Source: an uncultured Acidobacteriaceae bacterium
GTDB taxonomy: Bacteria > Acidobacteriota > Terriglobia > Bryobacterales > Bryobacteraceae
Direction of reading: 5' to 3'
Length of the DNA stretch: 64,000 nucleotides
Assembly: GCA_963819405.1 (NCBI GenBank)
Contig: CAWFWH010000016.1
Span: 92,431-156,430, forward strand
In this document: piece by piece, positions 22,534-31,220 of the stretch
How positions within the stretch are numbered: position 1 is the stretch's first letter
Layout: every line of letters begins with the position of its first letter
The notes under the pieces: model-generated
The model's input: only the letters and a program-made list of their open reading frames with translations
Told to the model about the DNA's origin: nothing
The model's database searches: none
Translations under genes and position numbers: made by a program

Positions 22534-22548
22534 GCACGTCGATTGCCA
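22534..22548 (-). promoter_or_regulatory. Candidate sigma-54 -24/-12 element upstream of the PEP-CTERM gene 22518-21752
   Basis: The minus strand reads TGGCAA-TCGAC-GTGC with correct GG-N10-GC spacing, only about 16 nt before the ATG at 22518. A second candidate, TGGCAG-CGTTG-TGCG at 22551-22565, has spacing off by one. Confidence 0.25.
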
Positions 22549-22595
22549 TCGCACAACGCTGCCAGATAACTGCGTTAAGTTAAATAAAACAAAGT

Positions 22596-22623
22596 TATTC
22601 GCGCTATTCGATTTTGCGAATAG
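22596..22623. promoter_or_regulatory. Palindromic operator-like site in the divergent PEP-CTERM / exosortase intergenic region
   Basis: CTATTCG-attttg-CGAATAG is a perfect 7-bp inverted repeat at 22604-22623. An extra TATTCG half-site sits at 22596-22601. It lies about 55-75 bp upstream of the candidate -24 element. Confidence 0.3.
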
Positions 22624-22780
22624 CCCATCGACGCGTCCAAACTCCGGGATTCTGTCACTCCAATGCCAAATTCTTCGCATTCTGTTTTGTCGCACCGCAG
22701 CCCAGCCAGTCCGCCCGATTTCGTTTCGCGACGGCGCCTTATCGCAGTGGAAGCAAAAATGCTCCCTCGTGTTCTGCACC

Positions 22781-23674
22781 ATGACGACGGGTCTGGCCGA
22801 TACACCGAAAGGGCAGCGGGAATCCGCCTTGGGGGGCGCCGCTCGCCATTTGCTTTGGCTTCAGATCGCGATCATTTCCTCATTGACCTGTATTCTGTTC
22901 GCGAAAGCTTTGATCGATATGGCGCACGATTGGTGGCACGAGCCGGAGTTGTCCCAGGGCATGCTGCTGCCGCCGTTAGCGCTTTTTGTGGCGTGGATTG
23001 AGCGAAGCCGTATTTTGAGCTCTCCCGCGACGGCGGACCGGCGAGGCATACTGCTGAGCGCATTCGCCTGCTGTATGTTTGTGCTCGGGAAGCTCGCGTC
23101 TGAGTTCTTCCTGATGCGATTTTCGTTTGTGATTCTGGTCACAGGATTGATCTGGACGTTCTGGGGCCTCAAGCGTCTTCGCGCACTCGCGTTTCCCCTG
23201 CTTTTGCTGGCCGTCATGGTGCCTCTGCCGGCCATCGTCTACAACTCGATCGCGGCGCCCCTGCAGCTGTTTGCCTCCGACGTTGCTTCTCAGATGGCGC
23301 AAGCTGCCGGTGTGTCGGTATTCCGCGACGGCAATATTATCCAATTGGCCGGCATCTCGCTCGGTGTTGCAGAGGCCTGTAGCGGGCTTAGCTGTCTATC
23401 CGCCTTGATTGTGGGGAGTCTCTTGCTGGGATATCTCCTCTGCACGCGCAAGCTGAGCCGGATTCTGCTGCTGATCGCGGCGGTCCCGCTGGCAATTGCG
23501 GTCAACGTTGTTCGAGTAGCTGGAACGGCGGTGCTCGCCGATTACAACCAGGCATTCGCGATGGGCTTTTACCATGCGTTTTCCGGATGGCTGGTGTTCT
23601 TGGCTGGTATTGTTGTGCTCTATGCGATTGCACGGATAATGCACTCCGTGATCGATCCGAAGGAAGCGGCATGA
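22781..23674 (+). CDS. xrtA: Exosortase (EpsH/XrtA-type transpeptidase)
   Basis: 298-aa polytopic membrane protein. It has the conserved Cys motif GVAEACSGLS, the Arg motif AVNVVRVAG and the His motif FYHAFSGWL. XrtA subtype is inferred from context (EpsI, PrsR/PrsT and the PEP-CTERM-locus deacetylase). The ATG at 22781 was chosen over the upstream ORF extension. Confidence 0.9.
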   Translation: MTTGLADTPKGQRESALGGAARHLLWLQIAIISSLTCILFAKALIDMAHDWWHEPELSQGMLLPPLALFVAWIERSRILSSPATADRRGILLSAFACCMFVLGKLASEFFLMRFSFVILVTGLIWTFWGLKRLRALAFPLLLLAVMVPLPAIVYNSIAAPLQLFASDVASQMAQAAGVSVFRDGNIIQLAGISLGVAEACSGLSCLSALIVGSLLLGYLLCTRKLSRILLLIAAVPLAIAVNVVRVAGTAVLADYNQAFAMGFYHAFSGWLVFLAGIVVLYAIARIMHSVIDPKEAA

Positions 23675-24303
23675 GCAAAACCACTTGGCTTCCATTTGCG
23701 GTTACAACGGGTCTCCTCGTCGGTGCAATAGTCGTTGGAGGGATGACCGAGCGCCGGATTCCGGAACCTCTTGCGATTCCACTCAATCGGATCGATTCAC
23801 AGATCTCGGGCTGGACGGAAATCAACCAACGCCAATTGGATGCTGCAACCCTGAGAGTACTCGATCCAACGACTTACCTTTCGCGAACGTATCAGAAGGG
23901 TGGGTCGCAAATAGATCTGTTTATTGCCTATTACGCGCAGCAGCGCGCCGGTGAAAGCATGCATTCCCCTCAGCACTGCCTTCCGGGAGCGGGTTGGGAA
24001 ATATTGCAACGCGGTTCAGCGAGCGTCAACGTCGCAGGCAAGCAGGTTGACATCAACAAATATCGGATCGAGAATCTTGGAACAAGAATGCTGATGCTGT
24101 ATTGGTATCAATCGCGAAGCCGTATTGTGGCAAATGAGTACGTCGCCAAGGTTCTGCTGGCGCGGGATACTGCGCTAACGGGCCATACCTCCGGTTCTAT
24201 CGTCAGGATCATGTTGCCGGACGATAGCGCGGCCACCGGCGAAGGAATTGGCTTCGCTTCAGCTCTCATTCCCAGAGTGCAGCGTTGTCTCGGCTACGAG
24301 TGA
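23671..24303 (+). CDS. epsI: EpsI-family exosortase-associated protein
   Basis: The start overlaps the exosortase stop (ATGA). It has one N-terminal TM helix (WLPFAVTTGLLVGAIVVGG). The motif GESMHSPQHCLPGAGWE and the following YWYQSRSRIVANEY are typical of EpsI. Confidence 0.85.
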   Translation: MSKTTWLPFAVTTGLLVGAIVVGGMTERRIPEPLAIPLNRIDSQISGWTEINQRQLDAATLRVLDPTTYLSRTYQKGGSQIDLFIAYYAQQRAGESMHSPQHCLPGAGWEILQRGSASVNVAGKQVDINKYRIENLGTRMLMLYWYQSRSRIVANEYVAKVLLARDTALTGHTSGSIVRIMLPDDSAATGEGIGFASALIPRVQRCLGYE

Positions 24304-24338
24304 GGCGTCGTGAAACTCTGCGCGCTTGAAAACGCGTA

Positions 24339-25478
24339 TCAGGAATAGAATGCCTTCAAGGTCCGGCAAGTATACTCGATGTCTTCCGGCGCCAGTTCAG
24401 GGTACACGGGCAAGGCCAGCGACTCATTTGCGAGCCGCTCGCTGACGGGAAAATCGCCCGCGTGGTATCCCAAATGGGAAAAGCATTTCTGTAGGTGCAT
24501 GGGAACTGGATAGTAGACTTCCGTTCCGATTCCCTGCGCTTTCAGATAAGCCTGCAACTCGTTGCGGCGTGGTCCAACGATGGCAAATTGGTTGTAGATG
24601 TGCCGGTTCTGATATGCTTTCTCGACGGGAACACTGACAGGAACATCGAGCTCGCGGATTATGCCGCGATAAATATCGGCGTTCCGCCGGCGACCCTCGG
24701 TCCAGGCATCGAGATGCGGTAACTTAACCCGGAGCACTGCGGCTTGAATTGCATCGAGACGCGAATTCACGCCTACCCATTCGTGGTAGTACTTCTTGCG
24801 GGCTCCGTGTACGCGCAATATTTTGAGTTTTTCCGCCAGCACATCATCGTTTGTGGTCAACATGCCGCCGTCGCCGAAGCCGCCGAGATTCTTGCTGGGG
24901 AAGAAACTGAGGCATCCGATATCTCCGATGCTGCCGGCGCGGCGGCCCTTGTATTCCGACCCAATGGACTGGGCGGCATCCTCAATGAGGAATATCCCTC
25001 TTGAGGCGGCGAGCGAACTCAGCGCGTCCATATCGGCGCATGCGCCAAACAGGTGAACGGGAATGATTGCACGTATTTCCGGATGGTTTGCCAGCACGGC
25101 GGCAGCTTTGGCTGCGTCCAAATTGAAAGTGTCCGGTTCGATATCTGCAAAGACGGGCGTTGCTCCGACGCGGCAGATGGCGCTGACAGTGGCAAAGAAG
25201 GTGTACGGGGTGGTAAGGACTTTGTCGCCAGGTCCAATATCCAACGCCATGAGGGCAAGCAAAAGCGCATCCGATCCTGAAGCACAACCGATAGCGTGCT
25301 TAACACGGCAATATGCCGCGATTTCGTTCTCGAGCGCACTGACTTCCTCCCCAAGCACAAAGTGCTGGGAATCGATGACGCGCGTGAGGGCAGCGAGCAC
25401 TTCGTCGCGAATGGTTCGATGCTGAGCTTTGAGATCGAGGAGCGGGACGGTGCGCTGTTCTGTGGCAACAAGAGTCAT
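24339..25478 (-). CDS. DegT/DnrJ/EryC1/StrS-family sugar aminotransferase (WbpE-like)
   Basis: Contains VPLLDLKAQH..., GCASGSDALLLAL, and the PLP-lysine motif SFFPSKNLGGFGDGG. The preferred start is MTLVATEQ at 25478. Confidence 0.9.
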   Translation of the reverse strand: MTLVATEQRTVPLLDLKAQHRTIRDEVLAALTRVIDSQHFVLGEEVSALENEIAAYCRVKHAIGCASGSDALLLALMALDIGPGDKVLTTPYTFFATVSAICRVGATPVFADIEPDTFNLDAAKAAAVLANHPEIRAIIPVHLFGACADMDALSSLAASRGIFLIEDAAQSIGSEYKGRRAGSIGDIGCLSFFPSKNLGGFGDGGMLTTNDDVLAEKLKILRVHGARKKYYHEWVGVNSRLDAIQAAVLRVKLPHLDAWTEGRRRNADIYRGIIRELDVPVSVPVEKAYQNRHIYNQFAIVGPRRNELQAYLKAQGIGTEVYYPVPMHLQKCFSHLGYHAGDFPVSERLANESLALPVYPELAPEDIEYTCRTLKAFYS

Positions 25479-25485
25479 AGTTTTC

Positions 25486-26100
25486 TTATCGGGCGAGTAC
25501 CGAAATTTCCTCAACTACGCAGGTTCCGTTGCGCACATATTCTGTATCGCAGGCTTCGCAACGGGCCGTCTCGTGAGCACTGTCTGCTCTGAGGTTGAGC
25601 TTCACGCCACATGCACACATCCATCCCCGTGTTCTCGCCGGATTACCGTAAATCAGAGCGAAATCTGGAACATCACGCGTCACGACGCTTCCGGCGCCGA
25701 TGAAAGCATAGCGGCCGATGGTGATACCGCAAACGATGGTGCTGTTCGCGCCGAGAGAAGCCCCACGGCGCACGAGCGTCTGCTTGTACTCGTCTCGCCG
25801 GCTCACGTGACTGCGGGGATTCACAACGTTCGTGAAAACCATTGACGGGCCGCAGAACACGTCATCTTCGAGAATGCAGCCCGTATACACGGACACGTTG
25901 TTCTGGATTTTGACGTTCCGGCCGATCACAACATGCGGGGAGATAACGACATTTTGGCCAATGTTGCAGTTTTCTCCGATCTTCGATTCCTTCATGACGT
26001 GAGAAAAGTGCCAGATCTTCGTACCTGCGCCAATTTCGCAGGGCTCGTCGATGTAAGAAGATTCGTGTACGAAGTACGATTGCTGGGTGCTGGAAGACAT
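25486..26100 (-). CDS. Hexapeptide-repeat sugar N-acetyltransferase (WbpD/WlbB-like)
   Basis: Left-handed beta-helix repeats (IGENCNIGQNVVISPHVVIGRNVKIQNNVSV...GASLGANSTIVCGITIGRYAFIGAGSVV). A C-terminal Cys cluster (CACGVKL...CEACDTEY) is present. ATG at 26100; an alternative TTG lies at 26115. Confidence 0.85.
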   Translation of the reverse strand: MSSSTQQSYFVHESSYIDEPCEIGAGTKIWHFSHVMKESKIGENCNIGQNVVISPHVVIGRNVKIQNNVSVYTGCILEDDVFCGPSMVFTNVVNPRSHVSRRDEYKQTLVRRGASLGANSTIVCGITIGRYAFIGAGSVVTRDVPDFALIYGNPARTRGWMCACGVKLNLRADSAHETARCEACDTEYVRNGTCVVEEISVLAR

Positions 26101-26117
26101 GGAGGATTGTCTCAAGT

Positions 26118-27134
26118 CTACAGCGCCATCACTTTATGAGGAATCTGTGCGACTTGAACCGATTCACCGTTCAGTTGCAAGGACAACTGGCAGGCTTGTA
26201 AAACCTTGAGCACCTGGACTCCTTCTTCCCCGGGGGTCCTCGGCTGCTTTCCCTGCTCGATGCAATCCACGAAATGAGTGCATTCGAGGAGCAGCGGTTC
26301 GGTGGTCTCGAATTCGACGACAGCGCCTTCCGGTTTAGCCGCCTCGAACGCGCCGTTTCGGAGATCGATCTGTTTGTTGAAGAGCATCAATTTGCGATCC
26401 GGCCGCGTGTCCTCGAACACCGCCATCTTCTTATTTCCAATCACCACCAGACGCTGTTCTTTGTAAGGATGAAGCCAGCTCACGAAGATATGAGCGCGAG
26501 TGCCCCGGTCGAAAAGCAGATTCGACATGGTCACGTCGGCGATGTTGGGCTGAAGGTATGCGCCGCCAGTAGCAATCACCTGACACGGCGTTTGACCGAC
26601 GAGTGAAAGAATGACGGAAATATCATGCGGAGCGAAACTCCACAAGGCGTTCTCTTCGCGCCGAATCTTGCCCATGCTCAATCGATTGGAATAGATGTAT
26701 TCGATGCGACCCAGCACTCCAGCGCTTACGAGCTGTTTCAACTGCGTCACGGCAGGGTGATATTGCAACAGATGGCCGACCATCAGAACGCGATTGCGAG
26801 CATGCGCCGTGGCGGTCATCTCCGCGCCATCCTGCCAGTCCAGAGCAAGCGGCTTCTCGACAAACACGTGCTTCCCTGCATTCAAGGCGGCGAGGGCAAG
26901 CTCGTAGTGAGATTCTGCCGGTGTCGCCAGCGCGACCGCCGTGATCTCGGGATCGTTCAACACAGAGTCATAATCGGCGAACAACTTCGCGCCGGGACAG
27001 GAGCTCGAAACTAACTTCAGTCGATCCGCATCGGCATCGCACAAGCCGTATAGATGCTCGATCGACGAAAAGGTCCGTACAAGATTCTTACCCCAATAAC
27101 CGCAGCCGACGACGCAGACTTTTGCTGAAGCCAT
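26118..27134 (-). CDS. Gfo/Idh/MocA-family NAD-dependent sugar oxidoreductase (WbpB/WlbA-like)
   Basis: Rossmann N-terminus KVCVVGCGYWGKNL, plus the EKPLA motif (HVFVEKPLALD). It is first in the three-gene minus-strand sugar-modification operon. Confidence 0.85.
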   Translation of the reverse strand: MASAKVCVVGCGYWGKNLVRTFSSIEHLYGLCDADADRLKLVSSSCPGAKLFADYDSVLNDPEITAVALATPAESHYELALAALNAGKHVFVEKPLALDWQDGAEMTATAHARNRVLMVGHLLQYHPAVTQLKQLVSAGVLGRIEYIYSNRLSMGKIRREENALWSFAPHDISVILSLVGQTPCQVIATGGAYLQPNIADVTMSNLLFDRGTRAHIFVSWLHPYKEQRLVVIGNKKMAVFEDTRPDRKLMLFNKQIDLRNGAFEAAKPEGAVVEFETTEPLLLECTHFVDCIEQGKQPRTPGEEGVQVLKVLQACQLSLQLNGESVQVAQIPHKVMAL

Positions 27135-27445
27135 ATCTACTCACGAACCGAGCGGCCGATATGCGCACGAATCACCAACGCACGACAACTCGGCTGAACT
27201 GTAACTATCTCCGTTCATAGAAGCGGTTGCAATCTCGATTCCACCCGTTGGCTGGCAGAGAGGCAAACGAGTCGATGCTCGCTATCGCGCATTCAACGGG
27301 GTTCAGGTTCGGTAAGGCCCGATTCAGAGAGCATAGACAGAGATACCTACCAAAAAAATGGGAACGAATCCTAGTATTTAGTCAGATCTGCCGGTCGATC
27401 AGCATAAGGTCTTGATTCTGCCAGAGGAAAAGAATTGTCTCCGAG

Positions 27446-27461
27446 TGGTCCCGGAAGTGCA
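27446..27461 (+). promoter_or_regulatory. Candidate sigma-54 -24/-12 element upstream of the polysaccharide export gene
   Basis: TGGTCC-CGGAA-GTGCA has correct GG-N10-GC spacing. It lies 25 nt upstream of the ATG at 27486. Confidence 0.3.
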
Positions 27462-27485
27462 AAACCTTTGGAATCTGATCCACAT

Positions 27486-28203
27486 ATGAAAACACTTGAT
27501 TTTGCGCTCCGATGCGCTGTCCTCAGCTGCTTTCTGCTCTTCGGTTTTGGGAGCATGCGAGGCCAGCAACAACCGCCCGCCTCTGACAACTCGAAGCCGA
27601 ATGCGTTAGCGGCAAACCACGCCAAGACTTACTGCCGAACCGAATGACGGGACCAAGGCCGGATCGGGCTCGAGTGTAGCGAATACGCCCTCCTCTTCCA
27701 CCAAAACGGCGGTCGAAGAAGATTACCGGATCGGAGCTGGGGATGTTGTTCAGATATCTGTCTGGAAAGAGCCCGAAGCTTCTGTCCCCGGCATGACGGT
27801 TCGTCCGGATGGAAAGATAACTCTGCCCTTGCTTAAAGATATCGAAGTGGCTGGTTTAACGCCGCGAGAGGCCGAGAAACTCATTACGAGCGGACTTGCA
27901 AGTTTCATCACGGATGCGAACGTAACAGTCATTGTTACGGGGACAAACAGCAAGAAAATTTACATCATCGGCGCCGTGAAGAAGGAAGGTCCTCTTCCCT
28001 ACACATACCGGATGACGATCATGCAGGCCCTGACGGAGGCCGGCGGACTTACTGATTTTGCAAAGCGCAAGAAAATCTATGTACTTCGCGCCGAGAGCGG
28101 TAAAGAAACCAAGATCCCGTTTGACTACGATGCGATCTTGAAAGGCAAGAATATGGAGCACGTCTGGTTGCTGCCCAACGATACCCTCGTTGTGCCGCAC
28201 TAA
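27486..28203 (+). pseudogene. Wza-like polysaccharide export protein (PEP-CTERM-locus type), one frameshift in the N-terminal linker
   Basis: The signal peptide MKTLDFALRCAVLSCFLLFGFGSMRGQ is in frame 27435-27647. The Poly_export/SLBB domain is in the frame of 27793-28203, open back to about 27620: DYRIGAGDVVQISVWKEPEASVPGMTVRPDGKITLPLLKDIEVAGLTPREAEKLI. Confidence 0.75.
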
Positions 28204-28280
28204 TCGGCGGAAGGGGACGGCAGGTTTGTCCATGCGCCAAAAGACGGGCTTGGGACGAGCGCGCCCGTCCCATCCCGATC

Positions 28281-29213
28281 TTAGGCCCTCGCGACGTCGA
28301 AATCCGGTACAGCGGCAGGCACAAGCTCTTTCGCTGCCGAGGGGAAGTGCCACACGGGCGTATCGGCCACAGCGTTGGAGCGGCAGAATGGATGGAAATC
28401 TCCCATCTCTAAGAGATTGCTAAGCCGTTCTTTTGTCTTTCCGAGGTTCGTGTAGTGGCGAAACCGAGATTTCAGCGATGCAGCCATTCTAGGCTGCTCC
28501 GGATCAACTTCCCAGGGGTGAACATAGGCGACTACCGTCATGCCTTCTTGCCAGGCTCGCCGGATGCCCAGCCGCGTGTACCAGGAAGGCAAGAGGCGCA
28601 GGTATCCACCGCCGCCTACGGGAAGATTCGGCGTGCGCCTGAGGCGGAACGTCGCTATAGGGTATTCGGTCAGCGGTCCCGAAGGCGTCGAAATCTGGAA
28701 CGGCTTACGCGGCGCATCGGCAATCCCATACCATTCGTGCTTGATCGGGAAGATGCTCGAATCGTAGCGGAACCCCAGCTCAGTGAGAATGTCAATGGCC
28801 CAGAGACATCGATTCGTGATCGAGAAACATGGAGCGCGATATCCGAAAACCTTCTGCCCGGCCGCCTGCTCGATACAATTCTTGGCGCGAATTGTATCGC
28901 GGCGAAACTCCTCCGGGCTCAAGTTGTAAATCAATCGATGCCAATAGGAGTGACAGGCAGGTTCGTGGCCTCGGCTCACTATTTCGCGAACGATTTGAGG
29001 GTGTTTGTCTGCTACCCAGCCGAGAATGAAGAACGTGGCTTTCACGCCGCTTTCATCGAAAAGATCCATCAGGCGGCGTGTGTTTACTTCAACACGTGAC
29101 GGATACTCGCTCCATTTGTCACGTTTTATGATGCTTGAGAACGCCTCGACTTGAAAATAGTCTTCGACATCGACTGAGATGACACTGTGCTTTCGAATCG
29201 AATCGGCCCTCAT
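28281..29213 (-). CDS. Polysaccharide deacetylase, PEP-CTERM/XrtA-locus subfamily
   Basis: Contains VISVDVEDYFQVEAF...VKATFFILGWVADKHPQIVREIVSRGHEPACHSYWH and GYRAPCFSI (NodB-fold motifs). The N-terminal DVEDYFQV signature is characteristic of the exosortase-locus subfamily. ATG at 29213; an upstream GTG lies at 29234. Confidence 0.85.
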   Translation of the reverse strand: MRADSIRKHSVISVDVEDYFQVEAFSSIIKRDKWSEYPSRVEVNTRRLMDLFDESGVKATFFILGWVADKHPQIVREIVSRGHEPACHSYWHRLIYNLSPEEFRRDTIRAKNCIEQAAGQKVFGYRAPCFSITNRCLWAIDILTELGFRYDSSIFPIKHEWYGIADAPRKPFQISTPSGPLTEYPIATFRLRRTPNLPVGGGGYLRLLPSWYTRLGIRRAWQEGMTVVAYVHPWEVDPEQPRMAASLKSRFRHYTNLGKTKERLSNLLEMGDFHPFCRSNAVADTPVWHFPSAAKELVPAAVPDFDVARA

Positions 29214-29468
29214 CCTTCTTCGCCTTCCTCGCACTCACACGCGACTCCGTAAAGGCCACACTCAGGAAGCAGAATTACGGTTATCTGTGGTTATGCGAAA
29301 TACGGCACCTTGCAATCTTCTATCCATCAAAAAAAAGCGGCTTAGGGCGCGAGACAAGACCCGGAGGTCCGCAGTAAATGATAGATTTGCTTGGCCGGAT
29401 GTTGCTGAAGGTGCGCGGACGAAAGTTAACCGCGAGAAAGATTCAGCGCTGAATATTGGGAAAGAATC

Positions 29469-29942
29469 TTAACTTCTTTCGCTGAGTGCAGCCTTCTGGG
29501 GCCAACCATCGACTTTGTTATGTAACAGCGAGCTGTCTTTAGTATTAGGTTGTTCGGAGCCCGATGCCATGCTCCGAGCCCTAAGCACCGAGTAATTTAT
29601 GATCCGACACGCAATGCCACAATCGCAGCTGTCGATTACCGTCTCGATCCGCAGCACCAGAACCTCACAACGAAGCAGGAGTTTCTGAGGTTCTCGATCT
29701 CCACAGGCTCCGGGAATCTCGAGTACCGCGATGAGCATCTCTCCAGGCGAGAATGGCTGCGAGCAGACGCAGTAAAAGCCGCCGCTGCTGACGTTCACCG
29801 TATACGTATCAAGAAGATGCTCGTGGACTCTCCACATTCGAACGGGCCACTGCACAACCACTCGATGCCTTGTTCTGCGGTCAGCGATCCGCCCAATGAA
29901 TGTTTCTATAGTTCCAGTACTGATGGGCGGGTCAGTAACCAT
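29469..29942 (-). CDS. PilZ-domain protein (putative c-di-GMP receptor)
   Basis: DRRTRHR ... VNVSSGGF matches the PilZ RxxxR and (D/N)xSxxG motifs. It lies immediately upstream of the deacetylase on the same strand. Confidence 0.7.
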   Translation of the reverse strand: MVTDPPISTGTIETFIGRIADRRTRHRVVVQWPVRMWRVHEHLLDTYTVNVSSGGFYCVCSQPFSPGEMLIAVLEIPGACGDREPQKLLLRCEVLVLRIETVIDSCDCGIACRIINYSVLRARSMASGSEQPNTKDSSLLHNKVDGWPQKAALSERS

Positions 29943-29998
29943 GTCGCAATAGCTTCAGCATTTTCCCTTCCAGCATCCAAGAGGTCACGTGCGGTAGT

Positions 29999-30273
29999 GA
30001 CGGAAAGAGCATTCTTCTCGCGGACGATGAGCCGGAAATTCGCGGGTTCAGTCGAAAGCGACTCTTCGGCGACGAGCGCGGTGCATTTACGGGTGCCTTT
30101 CAGCGAAAGCCCGGTATGTTCGAGTTGGCCGACGGCGGAACTATCCTACTCGACGAGATCGGCGAAATGGAGCTGAAACTGCCAGCAAGGTTATTGTAGG
30201 TGTTGCAAGACCAGGAATTCCAGCGGCTGGCGGGAGGCAGACAGTACGAGTCAATGTGCGCATCATAGCCGCC
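29999..30273 (+). pseudogene. Remnant of a second PrsR-like sigma-54 activator (internally deleted, truncated)
   Basis: One frame reads [17 protein letters not shown] (the start of a receiver domain). It is joined directly to [46 protein letters not shown]-stop-VLQDQEFQRLAGG and then VRVNVRIIAA. Compare the intact gene: [59 protein letters not shown]. Confidence 0.7.
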
Positions 30274-30590
30274 CAAGAACTGGCGGCGTTGTATTACGAG
30301 CGCTTGGAAATAGAAACCGCACTGGAGTAGTTGAAAAACCCAGTTGCGCGGCGCCCAGATTGTGTTGCGGAGCAAGACAGCCGAACTCGTTAAACAAGAG
30401 TTCTACGGCTTGCTGATGGCGCACTCGCCATCCGAGGGTTGATTCACGAAGCCGAACTGCAAGCCCATGAGGATCCGGGACCGACTCTCCTTCGTTCATT
30501 CCGTACGCGTCGTCCAACGGCGCAGACCGCAGAAGCGGAGTGATCTCGCATCGCGGAAATTCTGCCGCATGCAGGCGCTCAGAGTTAGGC
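30274..30590 (+). mobile_element. C-terminal remnant of an IS4-family (DDE_Tnp_1) transposase, multiple frame breaks
   Basis: ELAALYYERLEIETALE-stop-LK plus TQLRGAQIVLRSKTAELVKQEFYGLLMAH and DRLSFVHSVRVVQRR form an IS4 YREK-type signature (Y-x2-R-x3-E-x6-K) spread over three frames. It abuts the truncated prsR-like fragment. Confidence 0.65.
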
Positions 30591-31220
30591 CGAATACTGC
30601 TCCAGTGCGATTCGAACCAGTTGACTTCGAGTGTGGACCCTATTTCTGTCAAATAGCTGCTGCAGCGTGGCCTTCACTAACGCTTCGGAGATGTGGGCTT
30701 GCGCAGCGATCTCCTTATTGGCCAAGCCTTCGACGACACCGCTCAGCACCGCCCGTTCGCGGCTTGTAAGAGCCTCTTGAGAGTTCCTGATCCCAGTCTC
30801 CGAGCGAAGATGATCCTGAAGAATGGGATCCATGTAGAGCTGACCGCCCATGAGCGCGCGAATGGCGTCTAACAGAAGATTGGGCGGGTTCTGTTTCAAG
30901 AAAACTCCCGCAGCCCCGCAGTGGATCAGCCGACGCGCTTCGAAAGGGCTAACGAGTCCCGCTACTATCAGAACTCGACCGCTGAATCCAGCCGCGCGTG
31001 CAGGCTTAAAGAACTGGACACCCCGCTCTTTCCCAAGGTCCACATCCAGCAACACCAGATCGATCTGAGTCGCGCCCAAAAATTCCAGCGCTTCTTCGAC
31101 TGAGCCGCAACCGCCAACGACTTGAAGATCACATTCAGCACCGAGCAGCCGCGCGGCACCCTCCCGGAACAAGGCATGATCATCAATAAGAAGAATTCTG
31201 GTGCGCGGTTGCGTTTCCAT
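30585..31220 (-). CDS. NarL/FixJ (LuxR)-family response regulator
   Basis: The receiver reads RILLIDDHALFREG...DLVLLDVDLG. The C-terminal LuxR HTH reads LTSRERAVLSGVVEGLANKEIAAQAHISEALVKATLQQLF. Confidence 0.9.
   Translation of the reverse strand: METQPRTRILLIDDHALFREGAARLLGAECDLQVVGGCGSVEEALEFLGATQIDLVLLDVDLGKERGVQFFKPARAAGFSGRVLIVAGLVSPFEARRLIHCGAAGVFLKQNPPNLLLDAIRALMGGQLYMDPILQDHLRSETGIRNSQEALTSRERAVLSGVVEGLANKEIAAQAHISEALVKATLQQLFDRNRVHTRSQLVRIALEQYSA

Noticed and set aside
22472-22780. 103-codon 5' extension of the exosortase ORF
   Set aside because: The extension covers the divergent promoter region and has no membrane or conserved features. The ATG at 22781 gives a protein starting just before the first TM helix.
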